Of a DNA stretch of 64,000 nt, positions 11,933-26,148 are shown piece after piece. The translations under genes were made by a program, and so were the position numbers. This DNA is from Amoebophrya sp. A120 (Eukaryota; Protista; Dinoflagellata). Numbering within the stretch: position 1 is the first letter of the stretch; the number at the start of each line of letters is the position of its first letter. The stretch spans positions 3,601,838 to 3,665,837 of the forward strand of contig CAJINV010000002.1 of NCBI GenBank assembly GCA_905178155.1, given 5' to 3'. Below the pieces are notes generated by a model. That model worked only from the letters and a program-made list of their open reading frames with translations. It was not told where the DNA came from and made no database searches.

Positions 11933-14900
11933 ATGCCCGCAACGACAGCTCCTACTTGCAGCAGCCCGCTGCTGCCGCCAACCTCACACTTGTCTTCTGT
12001 CGCCTCGGACCTCGCGTCTGGATCATCTTCCAAGCCGCACTTTAATACGCCTGTGGTCCCCGGAAGTAGCACTTCTAGCAGCTCCTCTTTGTCCACCTCT
12101 CCCGGATGTGGTGGGGCCACTGCAACTACGGCGGGGGCCACGAATCATGTCGCGCAGCAGGAGCGTCAGGTCGAACATCAAAGCAGTAATAATGCTGTTC
12201 CATCCTCCTCGCCCTCTTCCCCGTCTGCTCAACAGAAGTCGCTTGAACAGCAGAAGAGCTTGAGCCAGGATAAAAATTGTTCATCTGCAGCATACAAAAA
12301 TAATCACCACCTGCAGCGGGAGTGTTCGGTGGAAGACATCCCGCTGATTGCGATTCGCTTGGGACTGCTGACGAACGACAGCATGATTATGCGGTTTGAG
12401 CTGTCCAACCAGATGTTCAAGCATATCAAATGCAAAAATGTCTGGGTCTGGAAGCGGGTACACTTGTCATGCAGGTTTTCCATGACCCATGAGGTCCTGA
12501 ATGCGAGACCTAGCATGACAGACTCTGTGAGGTCTCTGCCATGCCTCTCCTGCATGAGAAACTCCCTCCCAACTTGGTCGAAAGTAGACAGCTTCTGGCA
12601 CTCATGCAACACAGATTTTTGCATGATTCGGATTTAGCATGACAAGTTGCTATTTTCCAGACCCAGACATATTTGCAATGCATAAAGCAATCGAACGGGC
12701 AAATTCCACTGGACCTGCCCTCTTTCGACGCCAAACGCCCGATGACCAAGGACTATTTGCGGTATACTTGATTCAAATTCTTTCTTTTGGTTGCCTGCCA
12801 CAATACTTTTTTCTTGAAGATGAACCGTCGTACGTGATTTTGATGTCCTAAATCCTAAACCAGCAACAACTGCTTGTTCATCTTCCGGAAGTAGAAGAAC
12901 TAGAAGTAAGCATCAACGTATAGGAGTCACAGACCGCACCTTCCTCATCTTGAAGTGGAACTACACCAGCTCGACATCAAAGAGGGAATAAAATTCTTCG
13001 TCCCATCTAGTCGTCGAAATGAAAAGTCCTACAATTTTCTCAGCATCAGACGAGATAAAATTTGTAATGCCGATTTTACCTTGAGAAAAAGATTTGTAAT
13101 GCGTGACTGCTTATACAGGTACCTCCTGAAGAATTTCCTGAAGGACCACACGAAGCGGATCGAGGAAGAACGGGAGCGTCTGGACATATTACAATGAAAA
13201 ATGCCCCCCCCATATCAAAACGGAAATCTGTGATGCAGATTTGTGGTCACAAATCAGCTTTCTGATGCTAGAAGGGAAGAGATGCAGATTGTAGTGCTGG
13301 CTGGCGCAAGGACGCCTTGCGTCTGCAGCATGACAGGAAGCAACTGGAAACGGGAAATAGCATAACAAATTGCCTCCACATGAGGGACCAACTGCGCCTC
13401 TTGGCCTTCTAGCAATACACAACGATTTGTGTACTCAAATACAGCAACACACATTTCGTTTTTGATATGTGGAGGGAGGATTTTTCCTTTCCATAGGACA
13501 TCGCCGCGCACTTCCTTGGTGCGATCGACGCCGCGGAGTGGCGGCAGTTCGTGACGGCGACTATCCCTTCCATCGGCGCGGACGTGATCCCCCGGGAGCA
13601 TTTGGCGGAAAAGGCGAAGAAGGAAAACCAGAAGAAGGAACCAAAGTGTCTCGCGGACGAACTGCGGGAAAAGTTATCCCTTGAAGTGCAGATGAAATCC
13701 GGGAGCAGCAGCAGCCGGTCGTCCGAAAACGGAGACCGAGACGCCCTGTGCAACAGTTCGGATGCCGGATCTTGTCCATCGGAGACCAACAAGGAAAACA
13801 ATAATGCCCACGATTTGTCCACAACGACCGAAAACGACGATCCTGTAGTTCTACTTGATGCAGACAAGAACGCTGTTGGTACAACTACTAAAAACGACGA
13901 GCAGGAGGGAGATGATCAAGATAAGGATGCACCTAGTTCATCATCAATGTCCCCACTGCGCACCTCGGTCGAACTGCGGGACGAAATCAAGGCTTTGCTG
14001 TCTACGTACAACAAATATGCATTGCAAAAGTATCGTACTCGTACTCATCGCATTTATGCATTACAATTTTTTTTGCCAAGGTAAATCCGCATTACAGATT
14101 CTATTTGTTTCTCAACGACGACGACGATGTTGGGGAAATTTGTCATGCGACTCAGACTAGTGCGATTATACTTTTGCAGTGCATAACAAACAGGCCGAAG
14201 AGCGCAGCCGAAACTTGTTGAACCCACCGATGCAACCCACTAGCACCAGTCCCGTTCCTGCTGTTCTCGTGGGAGATATTAGTAAGACAGACGCCAATAC
14301 TTCTACTTCGCGGAAGAAATCGGTCACGTTTTCCTCGGCAGTGGTTGAGCACGAGGACGATGATACTGTTGCTGCATCTTCCTCTCCCAAAACGGATAAA
14401 AGTGGCGTAGTATCGGAGGTGTCGAAAAAACCTCTAGTTTCCTCACCGACAGCTCCTGCGAAGGCTACTACAACCTCTTCCTCTTCCGCAACAACTACAA
14501 CCGATTTCCTGAATGGGGGCATGAAAGTTTCCGCGGCAGTTTTGAACTCTCATGGGTCCGGGAATTTCGTTCCGGTTGTGCGGAAAAATGACCGGAATGG
14601 CCGGGAAGAGCTGTTCTTTGAACCCGTCCAGGGGAATAACATGTTCGCCGCGACGACGTCCTCTAGTGCGAGTCAGGGTCAGGGTCATCACAGCTTGATT
14701 GAGCCCATGACGATCGGGCAACACCACAAGGGATCGGCTTCTTCTTCTGCAGCTGCGGCCGCACGAATGAACAACAGTAACAATAGTAGCCGTGGTAACA
14801 ACGCGTCGATGGGCCGGGGCGGAAATGTACAGCAGCAGTACCACAACTCCACGAGTCAGATGCTGCAGCATCATAGTAGCCAAAACCGGCGGGGCGGCGC

Positions 14901-16149
14901 CGGTTCCGGGCACCACAAGAATGGGTCTTACGATATCGAAAGGAAAAATCCCCCTCCCCATATCGAAAACGAAATTCGTGATGCTGTATTTGAGGTCACA
15001 AATCGACTTGTCATGCTAGAAGGCCAAGAGCCGCAGTCGTGGCCTCGTTTGCAGGCAATTTGTCATGCTGTTTCCCGCTCTCAGCTGCCTCCTATCATGC
15101 TGAAGATGCAAGGCTTGACCACGGCACCCAGCACTACAGTCCGCATCTTTTCCCATGTAGCATGACAAAGCTGATTTGTGACAACAAATCTGCATCACAG
15201 ATTTCCGTTTTGATATGGGGAGGGGGGATTTTTCCTTTTGATATACGAGCAGCAGTGGCACCAGCGGCAGATGGAACGGAAGCAACAAATGTATGGATTG
15301 CAAAGATGTCTGGGTCTGGAAGGTTGGAACTTGTCATGCTAAATCTGAATCATGCAAAAATCTGTGTTGCATGATTTGCAAATGCTGTCCACTTTTGATC
15401 AAGTTGAGAGGCACTCTCTCATGCAGGATAGGCATGATAGTGATCTCACGGAATCTGTCATGCTAGGTCCTCCATTACAGATTATATGGGTCATGGAAAA
15501 CCTGCATGACAAGTCTAGCAAAGTTCCAGACTCAGACATTTTTACACTTGATAAAATGTACAATTCTACAACTTCTAGCCACCACCAGTCCAGCCCCTCC
15601 AGTGTGAGCAACAGCAATAAACACGGCGGGAGTGGCAAGAACTGGAGCAAGCGTCAGGAGCAGCAGTACCACCAGCACCAAAACGCGGCCTACCAGCAGG
15701 TACAGCAGCAGGCGTTGGCTGCCGCAGCAGCGGCGGCCTACCAGGCGGGCATGCAGCAACAGCAGATGATGAATACTGCGGCGGCGGCCCAGGCCGCGGC
15801 GGCCAGCTATAACCCTATGGCAGGAATTACCGCAATGGGAAATAACCCCTACGGTCCGGCGGGGTTGGCCGCGGGAGGGCATCATCCGCAGTTCGGTCCT
15901 GTGGGAACAGCAGCGTACCACCCGGCGTACACGACACCTGCAGGTGCTGCAGGTGCGGCAGGCCACTATGTTAATCCAGCAGCCGCCAGTCCGGTCTACC
16001 CCGCGCTGCCACCGACGTTTCCGCCGCCCGCATTGGACTACAGTGCTGGGGTGCAGCATGACATGACGCCGCCGGCCACACCTGCGGCGCTGAAAAACAA
16101 AACCGCGGGGGCCGCTGCTGTTGCAACTGGCGGTCCACCGGGACTGTAA
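11933..16149 (+). CDS. Hypothetical low-complexity (S/T/Q/A/N-rich) protein, 7 exons
   Basis: ORFs 11933, 13551, 14179 and 15352 join in frame after removing 5 introners and the GT-AG intron 12762-13118 (MFKQ|SNGQ, DYLR|YLLK, RLD|IAAH, YNK|QAEE, GSY|EQQW, QQM|YNST). Confidence 0.75.
12424..12684. mobile_element. Introner family A
   Basis: Family-A TIRs; TSD aagca. Confidence 0.92.
12762..13118 (+). other. GT-AG intron containing a family-B introner remnant
   Basis: GTATAC...TTATACAG with an in-frame join. 13060-13102 is the reverse complement of family-B internal sequence. Confidence 0.7.
13187..13495. mobile_element. Introner family C
   Basis: Family-C TIRs; TSD ggaca. Confidence 0.92.
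14016..14185. mobile_element. Introner family B
   Basis: Family-B TIRs; TSD acaaa. Confidence 0.92.
14934..15243. mobile_element. Introner family C
   Basis: Family-C TIRs, opposite orientation to 13187; TSD tacga. Confidence 0.92.
15292..15553. mobile_element. Introner family A
   Basis: Family-A TIRs, inverted relative to 12424; TSD aaatg. Confidence 0.92.
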
Positions 16150-19100
16150 GTTCTATCGATTGTCGGAGATGGAAGATCAACGGAGATTTGTTGACAATAT
16201 TCGAGCTTTCTCGGACAGTAGGGAGTTTTGCTCATGACCTTTGATAGCAATACCAAAAGAAAAATCGGATCTTTGCCGATTTTTCGGGGGAAGGTGGATA
16301 CAAGAAGACGGAACTGCTTACTTTCAAAGCAATAATAGCGAGCTTTAAATAACGATAATGGATTTACTGGAAATAAAAATCGAGGTCAATTTGACCTTAT
16401 CGCGGTAGATGTTGAAGCGATGAATTATCAGATTTGCTGATCGCCCACGAGAGCAGCGCGCTTTTTTTTACATTTGACTCTAGTATCTATCTAAGCAGAT
16501 CCATGCCATGCAAACCTTGGACATCACCTCCTCCACGCGAAGGAAAAACAAAACTATGCGAAGAACTGGAACTGCTTTTTATCCCTACAAAATGATACGC
16601 CAATTCATCACAGATGAGCATGAGACGATTATAAATCTGTGACTAACTTTATCGGGAAAATGAAAATGAACCGTACTTTTAACAACTACGCTCTGTCAGC
16701 TGGACAATCTGGACGATGATCTCATTGAGAGCAAGAAGCGAGGACTGGTGTCCTCTTTCGCTTCTGTTTACGACCGAAACAAGCACAGAAGTTGTACTAC
16801 TGATTTATCAAATTATCACAAATCTTAAGCGCCGTAACTCTAGTATACCGTGTGCAGAGACGGAGTTCTTGTCGATTTTGGTTGTTTCTGTTGGAGGGCA
16901 AGACTCTTGTCCGCGACGGAAGTAACAAACTCTAAAAGAACAGTCCCTACACGCGGATAGAGATTTCGGGCTTAAAGAAAGAATCCCGGGATTTTTTGAT
17001 ACCAGTCAGAGAGTGCTAATGCTATTTTTTGAAAGTGCGATGAAAATTTTTATGCAAGTGTACTATTAATTCTTTCGAAAGGTATCTTTACCTAAGATTG
17101 TTCTACTGTCCAGTAGATGCGCGAACTTTATTTCTGTTGTCCACAGCTTGACATCGTCTAGAGGATTTTTTGGCTACAAGTTTTTCTCACGTTCAGTGGG
17201 GTGGTGCAGCTCACGTTAACTTTTTTCTGCTGTAAAGATGAAGCGCGATTATGCAAAAAGCAGCACAATTTTTACGCTCATAGTTTTTATAACTTTTTTT
17301 TCTTTTCCTACACGCAAGCAGGAGTTTGCTTCAGTTGGGTATTCTATTAGGACGTCGATTGTTCTCTGGGAGCCCCCCGCTCCCCGGGGAACAATTTTTA
17401 CACGACGAAGATTCAGACTTTTCTACCCTGCGAAATTTTTTCATGGAAGGTAACATGAGCAAGTTGTTAAGAAAAAGAATCTTCTTCACAACTGTGCTCT
17501 GTTTCTATTTTATCAACCCAAAGGCGGCAACGACCCCTGTTGCCACAATTGCTGCGATTTGGAGGGGCGCGAAATCGCGACAAAAATATGATGGAAAAAT
17601 CATAACGACTAGGAGGCTAGCACCAGAGATGAGAAATTTATAGATTTTGTCAGCTTAAATACTTCGAGCAGCAGCAGGCTTTCTTGTAGACGACAAAAAA
17701 TATTCTCATCCATGGTTGTAGCCCGAACAAGAACACAAGCAAAGGCAAACAACTACATGAATCAGTACAAGTTCCTAGAAAGTTGCATGACTTTTTTAGC
17801 AATTTGAATGTATTCGAGCGGAACAAATCGGAGGAGGATTGTTTTGTGTTGCTGTTGTGACACGGAACTAAAGTAAACTATCCGAAAACTAGTAGCAGCG
17901 GTGTAAAAATGCAGTTCTTTTAGAGTAAGATTTTCTCCTACTTCGGAGTGAAAAAAATCATAAACAAACGAAATAGGTAGTATACGTAGGCCCTAAGAAG
18001 ATAGCTACGCGGATGATGTAGTATATTTCCTCCATGTTTTGAACACGACAACACATGAACTGTTGTAGTATATTGGTCGCATGTTATGATAAAATGGCTT
18101 GAAAAAATCGACGTCTCGATAAGAAGAACACAGGAGAAAAAAGCTAAATTTTTATGCGACTGTATTTTGGCCTACTGCATTTTTATATTTTCAAACAACG
18201 CCTCGGTATTTTCAGAACGTCTGTAGCTCTTGCAGACCGAAGATGAGAATGCGCCCTGCTCTAGTCGAAAAAAACACCAAAGGCCGCGCACCAGGAAGAC
18301 TGAACTGACAACAAACCACTCGAAGAAAGCACGGTCACAACTGGAAGTGCCTTTATGAAAGTGTATATCTATCAGTATTTTTATGTCATTTTTCCCCGAA
18401 GATGAATGTACATGACAAGATTTTTAGCAGCTCTTTGTCCATCTATACAGGTATAATTTTTATACGTGGCGGTAGTAGGAGAGTAGAAGCTAATACATCC
18501 GTTCTGTCAACGTCCATTCGGAGTAAAAAATGATCGGCACAAGAAGAATCAAAATTTTAGTGCCAGATCGTAGCCAGAATTATTCTGTAGCAGTGCTTAC
18601 TATGAAAATGCGTCGTGGTCCTCTGGCCGCGTGGTAAGAACACAATTTTTTACGGAAGTAGATTTCTATTGCTACGATTCAAATTTTGTAGTCGACAACA
18701 AGGTCTGGACAAAAGAACAGCACCTATGTGAGCAGATGAACAAGAAACCGAGTACCTCCTTATAAAACGTAATTTGACGAACAATTTGAGTATTGGATGA
18801 AGTGCTCGCAAGATGAAACGATCAGTGGTAGAAAAAACGAGAATTATGACCACTTCGAAAGTGCCTACGCCTAGTAGACTACTACTATCTACTACGTGGG
18901 GAAATGGAAAACCACTAGACTCATTGATGGAGAAAATCAATCGAGTAAAATGAAAATGCACATAACGGGAACACATCAGTGGCAGAATAATTCTGCCACT
19001 TGAAGAGTAGAGGTACTATGACAATCAACCAGACTCGCCTTGTTGAAGATGCACCACACGACCACAACCAACCTTGTATGATGGATTCAAAAAATTCGAG

Positions 19101-21088
19101 CTGATTTAGCCCACACCAAAAAAAACCATTTTAACCCAAGAAGCAAGCGTGGCCCTCCCGAGCGCGATAGCGCCGCCACGCTTCGCCCCTCATCTCTCTT
19201 CACAGCGAAGGTGAAAACGGGATGGCGAAGTTTTTATGTGTTCTTCAAAAAAGAAAAAATAAATTGGGTATCGGTTATTGACGCGGAAGGGCTCTTTGTC
19301 GAGGTGCTTTTCATGCGAGGCATGACGGTGACAGTGACAGTCAAGACTTCGGTTTTCAAAATCTATCGAAAGTAATAGAAGTAAAAAAGTAGACGAGTGC
19401 TTGAAGAGGTTCCAACCGATCGAGGATCTGAGTGCGAAATCCGCTCCGTGGAAAGTAGATGAACAGTGTCGGTTTATTCCGAAATTGTAGATCCGCAACA
19501 TCCTGCAACAGTTATTTGGATGTAGTTCTACTTGTGAATAAGTAGATCTACAGTGCATCATGAGCGATAAATCTAAAGGTTTCCACTTCAACACCGGATC
19601 CATGATCCCGTGCTGGTTCACGATTCCAACATCTGTGTCGAAAATAACAGTAGAGAGAAGGACGGCATCGCGAAAGAAAATCGATGTCTGATCAGGATCA
19701 GACCTTACTCAGTCGGGCTTTTCCAGGATGTTGAAGCTGATGTGCGATCAAATGAGTCAACATCTGAGGCATGCTGCACGAAGATCTTTGATGGTACCGG
19801 CTGAAATAAAAAGTGTAGTCTATACTTATACAACTTCATACTCACGAACTACGCTATCTGTTCTTGAAAAAAACCTGTCACAGTGAAAAACCTTCGGCTC
19901 ACTCCACTTGACCCAAAAAATCTTCGTATTAAAACTTCTGCCCTAAATTTTGTATTTTCTCTATTTCTCTCTTTACAAAAAAACATTTTATCCGCTACAA
20001 CTTGCTGCTTCAAAAAACTACTTCTGCAAGAACGATCATCAAAAAAGTATACTTACTGTGGTCCATACGACAAAAATCCAACAACAACTTTCTAGTGTAC
20101 ACTGGTACATACATTATCCCGGACGTATAGATTTATCGTTGGTTCATTTTAGCCGACGACCCCGAGTAAATCGAAGAGTTTGAAGTCTATTTCTTGCATT
20201 GACTTCTAATCGACGTCCAGTGTCGTTTTCTTCCAAAAAATATCTTTTACCTCATTCGTCCAGTAGTTAAAGATACACTACTGACTAAGTTTCGCAGTAG
20301 TTGTAAAGCAGGCAGCATTATCCTCTCGTAGGTCTAGTTGTCATTTGTTTCTGGCGAAAAAAAGGAAGTCGTGGGTCGTAGCCACTTATTGCACGAAAAC
20401 TTACCAAATCTGTAAGTAGCAAAGAAGCATAGCAGTAGGAGTTAGTAGCAGTAGTAGCACAAGCACTTTTGAAGAGCAACAAACTTACTCCCCCAATCTA
20501 CCCTACACAACCCCAACAACAGAAATCACAGCACAACACCCCTTCGACGTCCAGTAGGAAAGTCGCGAATAGAATTTCTTGGCGATAAAACCACGGTTTC
20601 GGGATCATAAGTATCTATTTTCCCGCGCAACAACAAGATCGCCGAAGAACAAGTGCAACAACTCCTAAGAAGTTTCCTGCGTCACAGTTGCACGATATAT
20701 TTTCTACTTTTCTACCAAGACGTCCAGACACCGCACTATAAGCTATCAGTGAACTTTAAAAAAATTGTTGTCCCAATTTCTTGTTACAGCATCAGAACAA
20801 CAACAGAACTAGACTTTATACCACTGTCTTTATTTTCAACAAACAACTTCATTACCAAAATCTCCACGACAATCAAGAGCTGCTTCAGAACTAGTGCACA
20901 AGAGCCTTGACTGAAGTAGTCGTGTCTTAGTCTTTATTTCTGTATAATTCTAAATTTACCGAAGAAGAAATTAACTTTTTTCCACCACGGAAAAATACTG
21001 TAAACAACCGCGTTGCTGTTACGCATTGAAATCTGATTTCCACAAGGAAGTTTTACTTTTACCCTACGCTACATCAAAAATCGCCAAA

Positions 21089-24000
21089 ATGCCGTCCCGG
21101 AGTTTGAATGTTCGGAGCAGCCTGACCTCGGTGTCGAGCGCGGGCCTGGACCGGTGGGCGAACATGTCAACGGCCAGCACGCAGTCCTTCCGGGAGCCTT
21201 TGCCGGAACCAGATACTTTGGACGGTGGTCTCAAGGAGGTTGCAGCTCTTGAGAGTACTAAGGCTCCTGCAGTCGGCGCAGGACCTCTCATGATCCCGTC
21301 GACAGTTAGTGCCTCCCACCGATCATTATCGAAGAACAAGAACCAGGTTCCCGAGGGCACGCAGAGCGGGAATTCTCGGGAGCTCACCTCGTCCGAGGAT
21401 GAGAAGTTTTCGTTGCGCAAGAACCCCGCCGCGTGGCTGAACACTATATGGATTGCAAATATGTCTGGGTGTGGAAACTTGTGTTGCTTATACTTGCATT
21501 GCAAACTGGCTGCCTGTAGCTGTACGGCATGACAGCATGAGAAATTTCCCTCGGCTCCCTGCGGATTCATTCGTGTTTAGCATTACAAACTGCCGTCCAG
21601 CACGACAAAAAAGCTGGCAAATGGTCTTCATGCATTACAGATCTTGTTGTCCCCGAAGTCCTGCATCACAAATCCAGACCCAGTCATATTTGCAACGCAT
21701 ACACTACGGAAAGAAACTACGTGGTCGGCGAATCCCTAAACGACACCGCGTCCGCGCGGTTGGCCAAAGCGCACCAGATCGTGAACAGTGAGGAGATTCC
21801 GAAGGACCCCTTTCATCAGCATCTGTACACGAAGAACAACGTGGGGGTAGTTGCACCTCCGTCCTCTCAGGGCAGATCAAGAGCGTCTGCTTCGAGTAAA
21901 GTGCCTTCTTCATCAAAGGGTCCCCTCCACTACCCGACGACCGTGAGCACAGGGTTTGGTGTTCATTCCGACCAAAACGCAGATGTAGGAGTTGTTGACA
22001 GCGTAGTAGTTCTTGAAAAAACTACAAGCCAGGACGAGCAAATGATTATCCCTAGCAGTGCCGCCGGCACTCTAAACCGGGAAGCGTCCCTTCCCGGCCA
22101 CACCTCTCCGGCGGTGGGGCCGAAAATCTGCACCGCGCCGCCGCCTAATGTGCAGGTGGCGGTAAGACCGAAGAATGAGACGGCTACTGCGTTGACCACA
22201 GCGGTGGCAGATGTTCCGGATTCATCCGTGACCCAGGATCCTAGTGCCGCGAGCACCACAGGAGCAACAGCCGCGGCGACCAAGTCTCCGCCTCTGTCCC
22301 GGGATGTGAACTTCTACCTGAACCACCAGTCGCTCTCCGGATCGACCGCCTTTCTGTCCGCATCCACGCTGCGTAGCACCAACAGCGGCTCGACGGCGGC
22401 CAGTACCGCGCAAGCGGCCATGCGACGGCGGATTCAGATGAAGTCCGTCTCCGGGAAGCGGAACCAGTATGAGCAGGGAAAACTCGCCATGAAAGACTAC
22501 AACTACAACCCCGGTGGAGCAGGGGCCGCAGGTTCTGCTTCTACCTCCGGATCTGCAGGTAGTGGTCGAGGACATCTGCCCCTCCGCAATCCGAACGGCG
22601 GGGGGCTCGGGCAACTGCTCGTCGGGAGTCAACAACAACAGTTCTATCAGAAGAAGGGAAACTCCGCGCTGACGCACCAGCACGGGCCCCAGCCGGCGCT
22701 CCTGGCGGATATGGCCAAGGCCGCGGCAGCGGCCAAGCAGGAGAAAAAGAATAGTACTTCTACAACAAATTGCAGCGCCACTGGTACAACGACCGCTGCA
22801 ACCGCCACTTCTTCGTCTTTCAAAATGTCGCAAGTGGATAGCAACACTGCTGCACCATCTGCAGCTCCGCAGAGCTATAGTGCAGGTTCCTCGTCCCCAG
22901 CAAATGCACAGGCTATGTCGAGCAGCTCCACTGGCGTGAATCATATGCCGGAGATCACGAAGCCGGTGCCTCGAATCAAGGAGGGCGAACCCATTCCGAC
23001 AGCCTACGTTCCGGGGCCGAATGGGGATTTGATCCCGGTGTACGCGAGTATGGAGGAGGTGGAGCGGGCGAAGCAGAAGAAGGGAACGAGTAAGGAGCCG
23101 AGTTCGAGTGGCGAAGAAGGTGGTCGTGGTGGAAAGAACAACAAGAAGAACCCAGCTCCTGTGACGACGTCAAGTAGCTTGGAAAGCGCAAGAACTAGCT
23201 TGGAGGACAGTGTTGAGGAAGTGAAGCAGCATAAGGGTGACAGTAGTAGTCATCACGCTAGTAGTATCCAAGAAAAAAACTGTGTTGGTGTAACTTTCTT
23301 CTGCTGACAGCGTCTTCACACATTTGCTCTCCATGACAGAGAAAACCTGTGATGCGTGGCTCATACGGGAAATAAAACACACATGAAGAGAGGACTTTAT
23401 GGCTGTCTATAATTTTGTAAACAGAGTTACTACACTTACGCAGTTGTTTTCTTGCATAACTTGCAACCACCACAACAACCGAGGTAACAAGAAAAATGGT
23501 GCAAAACACCAGCAGCAGGGTGGGGGAAATAACAATAAGGGCGCCGGCGCCTCCGGGGGGAAACACCACCAGCAGAAGTATATGCAACAGCACCAGAAGC
23601 AAAATTTTTACAACGCTCCTCCGACAGCATCCCCCACTCACGCCCCGGCTCCTGGTAAGAACCAGGACGAGTTAATGATGCAGCAGCAGCAGCAGCAGCT
23701 TCTGTTGCAGCAGCAGTACGCCGCAGCTCTGGTGGTTTCGCAGCAGTACGCAGCGGCCCGGGCGGCCCACGCGGCGGCGGCCATGGCCGCTGCAGCTACT
23801 GGTCCGTCGTACTACGATCCTGCGACCGACGATCCGATGATGTACCACCATCATGCGGCGGCCACGCATGGCTATGGTTCTTACGATCATCCTACAGCTG
23901 TAGGTGTAGGAGGTCCATCTTACGATGGTGCAGGCTATGATGACAGTCCTCAGCACGATGCTCTTGTTCATCATCCCTTGGGTGGAGGAGGTCCTGCGTA

Positions 24001-24427
24001 TGAGAACATCAAAGTTCCTAAAGCCGTCACTTTTGGCGACCTGCCACCCTCGTCGCTGGATGGTGAAGGGAAAGCGGGAGGAGCCGCTGTCTCTGGTGGA
24101 CGTGGTGGCTCTTCTAGTGCGAGCAGAAACAGGGGCAAGAACAACAACCTGATCTCCCGTCTGCCTCCAGGACTAGAGGTGGTTTTTGAAGAGTCGGAGA
24201 GTTGCAGCGGCCGCTCCTCTTCCTCGGCAGCTACTACCTCCGGCAGTCCGGCAGATCGCGGTGCTGCTACGAACGCTTTGCCGTCGCCGACACATAATAT
24301 CATCCCAGATGAACAACACCAGTCTGCTCTGCAGGGCAACGTGACCAGTAGTCCCCCGACGACCAACATGCGGTTGCCGCCTGAGCTGCCATCTTGCCTT
24401 ACCCAGCTAAAGAACCGGCAGAGGTAG
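21089..24427 (+). CDS. Hypothetical low-complexity protein, 3 exons
   Basis: ORFs 21026, 21721 and 23399 join in frame on removal of elements 21447-21701 and 23265-23458 (WLNT|TERNYVVGES; HASS|NHHNN). Confidence 0.75.
21447..21701. mobile_element. Introner family A
   Basis: Family-A TIRs; TSD cacta. Confidence 0.9.
23265..23458. mobile_element. Introner family E
   Basis: TATCCAAGAAAAAAACTGTGT..GTGTAAC / TACACTTACGCAGTTGTTTTCTTGCATA; decayed TSD agtag/acttg. Confidence 0.85.
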
Positions 24428-25023
24428 AAGTTGTGAATGACTTTCACTTTTCTTCTTCGATTGACATTGAACGCAAAATCTATGTATCTATAGTTGTACT
24501 CTATCCATAACTATTCTATAACTCCACCACATAGGACAGGAAGATAAAACCTCATTTTCGACGACGGCCGAAGTCAGGATGAAAAATGAAAAACAAAAAC
24601 AACACATGCAATAGCAACAAGTACATGAACATCATCACGGTTGAAAATCGGAAATAAAACTTTTGCCTTTTCCTTCGTTAAAAAGAGGAAAGAGAGAACC
24701 CCGGAAAAGGAAAAACGAGACAGACCATGCGGTCTGATGTTGTTGAAAATGCAGTTATAGTTACTAGTTTTTTCATCTTCTCGAGTTGAACAAATGTAGG
24801 ATTATTTTTTACAAGAACAAACCAAGTACGGACGAAATTGCGCATAAAAACAGGCAACTACTAGTACACCACTCTAATTTGTGGTGTTGCGGTTGTTTTT
24901 TTCTTCATAGAAAATGAGCTACATATGGTTTTTCATCATCATCAATCATCTGCGTATTAAGGATTTTTTACAGTGCATAATGTTCTCTGACCGCCTTCTT
25001 GTTGTACTAAAGAGGCTACTCAA

Positions 25024-25266
25024 TATGGATTGCAAAAATGTCTGGGTCTGGAAGGGATGTAACTTGTCATGCTAAATCTGAATCATATTGCCAAAAGCTG
25101 TCCACTTTTGACTTAAGCGACAGGCAGTTTCTCATGCAGGATAGGCATGATAGAACTCTCACAGAATCTGTAATGCTATGTCCTACATACCAGGCCTCGC
25201 GGGTCATGGAAAACCTGCATGACAAGCCTGGCATTCTTCCAGACCCAGACACTTTTGCATTTGATA
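25024..25266. mobile_element. Introner family A
   Basis: Family-A TIRs; TSD ctcaa/ctccc; host gene unclear. Confidence 0.88.
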
Positions 25267-25508
25267 CTCCCTGCGGCTGCACGACCCGCTGAGGGAAGCC
25301 CAGCCGCAGCTTGATTGTGGACTTTGGTTTATGATACAAGAAGACCAAGGCATCGCTCTGCAGAGCAGGTGAGCTGCAGAAGCAGTATTTATGAACGTAT
25401 TCATAAACTATGCAAAATAAGTAGTAAAACGACCAGGAGATGAACCAAACCAGTTCGAAGACTTCTTGGAAGCAAATCTTCTTCGAGTGCGATACTTTTG
25501 CACAGGAT

Positions 25509-26000
25509 ATGATGCGCCTCCGCCTGTTTGACCGGCACTTGGAAACCCGATATGCATTGCAAATATCGATCTGGGTCTGGAAGGATGCAAGGCGAAGGTT
25601 TCTCATGCTTGTCTGCCACGACTGAAGAATTTGTGATGCGCCTCCAAGAAGACACCCGTTTGCTTGTCATAGATACAAAAACGCAGTTTGTCATGCGAAA
25701 AACGCAACACTTACACTAAGCAGAGGAGATACAACTTCTCATGCGTGGCTGTCCAACATTACAGAGCATTCACTAGTCCCACCCCAGCATTACAACTTTC
25801 CAGACCCAGACACATTTTCATTTGGACACCCGAAAGGAGATCTTGAAAGCCCGCGCCGGGCAAGAAAAAATCATGGCGTTGCAAAACGAAGTGAATCAGC
25901 ACAGTGGTGATCAACATGGGGATGAGCAGCTCCTGAGGCAAAACAACAAGTCCGTAACCGAGCTAAACGAAGAGCTCGAGATCGCGGATTCGGGGCACCG
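25509..26000 (+). pseudogene. Gene fragment with one introner (MMRLRLFDRHLETR|KEILKARAGQEKIMALQNEV...)
   Basis: In-frame join across element 25551-25828. The upstream family-B element retains only its right end, and the flanks are mosaic. Confidence 0.45.
25551..25828. mobile_element. Introner family A (copied at 42021, 43674, 45327, 46980)
   Basis: Family-A TIRs, right end GGACA; TSD cccga. Confidence 0.88.
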
Positions 26001-26148
26001 CCCGTGGGTCCTCGGCGTTTGTGAAAAAGACCGACCCACCGCGTCTGGGTTTTTTTCGGAATGGCCTTCCGGACCCCGCGGGCCGAATCGGGGGGCCCTT
26101 GGATTTTCCCCTGCACCGACTCCACAAGCAGCACAGCTACTCCTACTT

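Noticed and set aside
19590-19770. Possible C/D-box snoRNAs
   Set aside because: CTGA boxes are present but there is no good RTGATGA box, terminal stem or identifiable guide.
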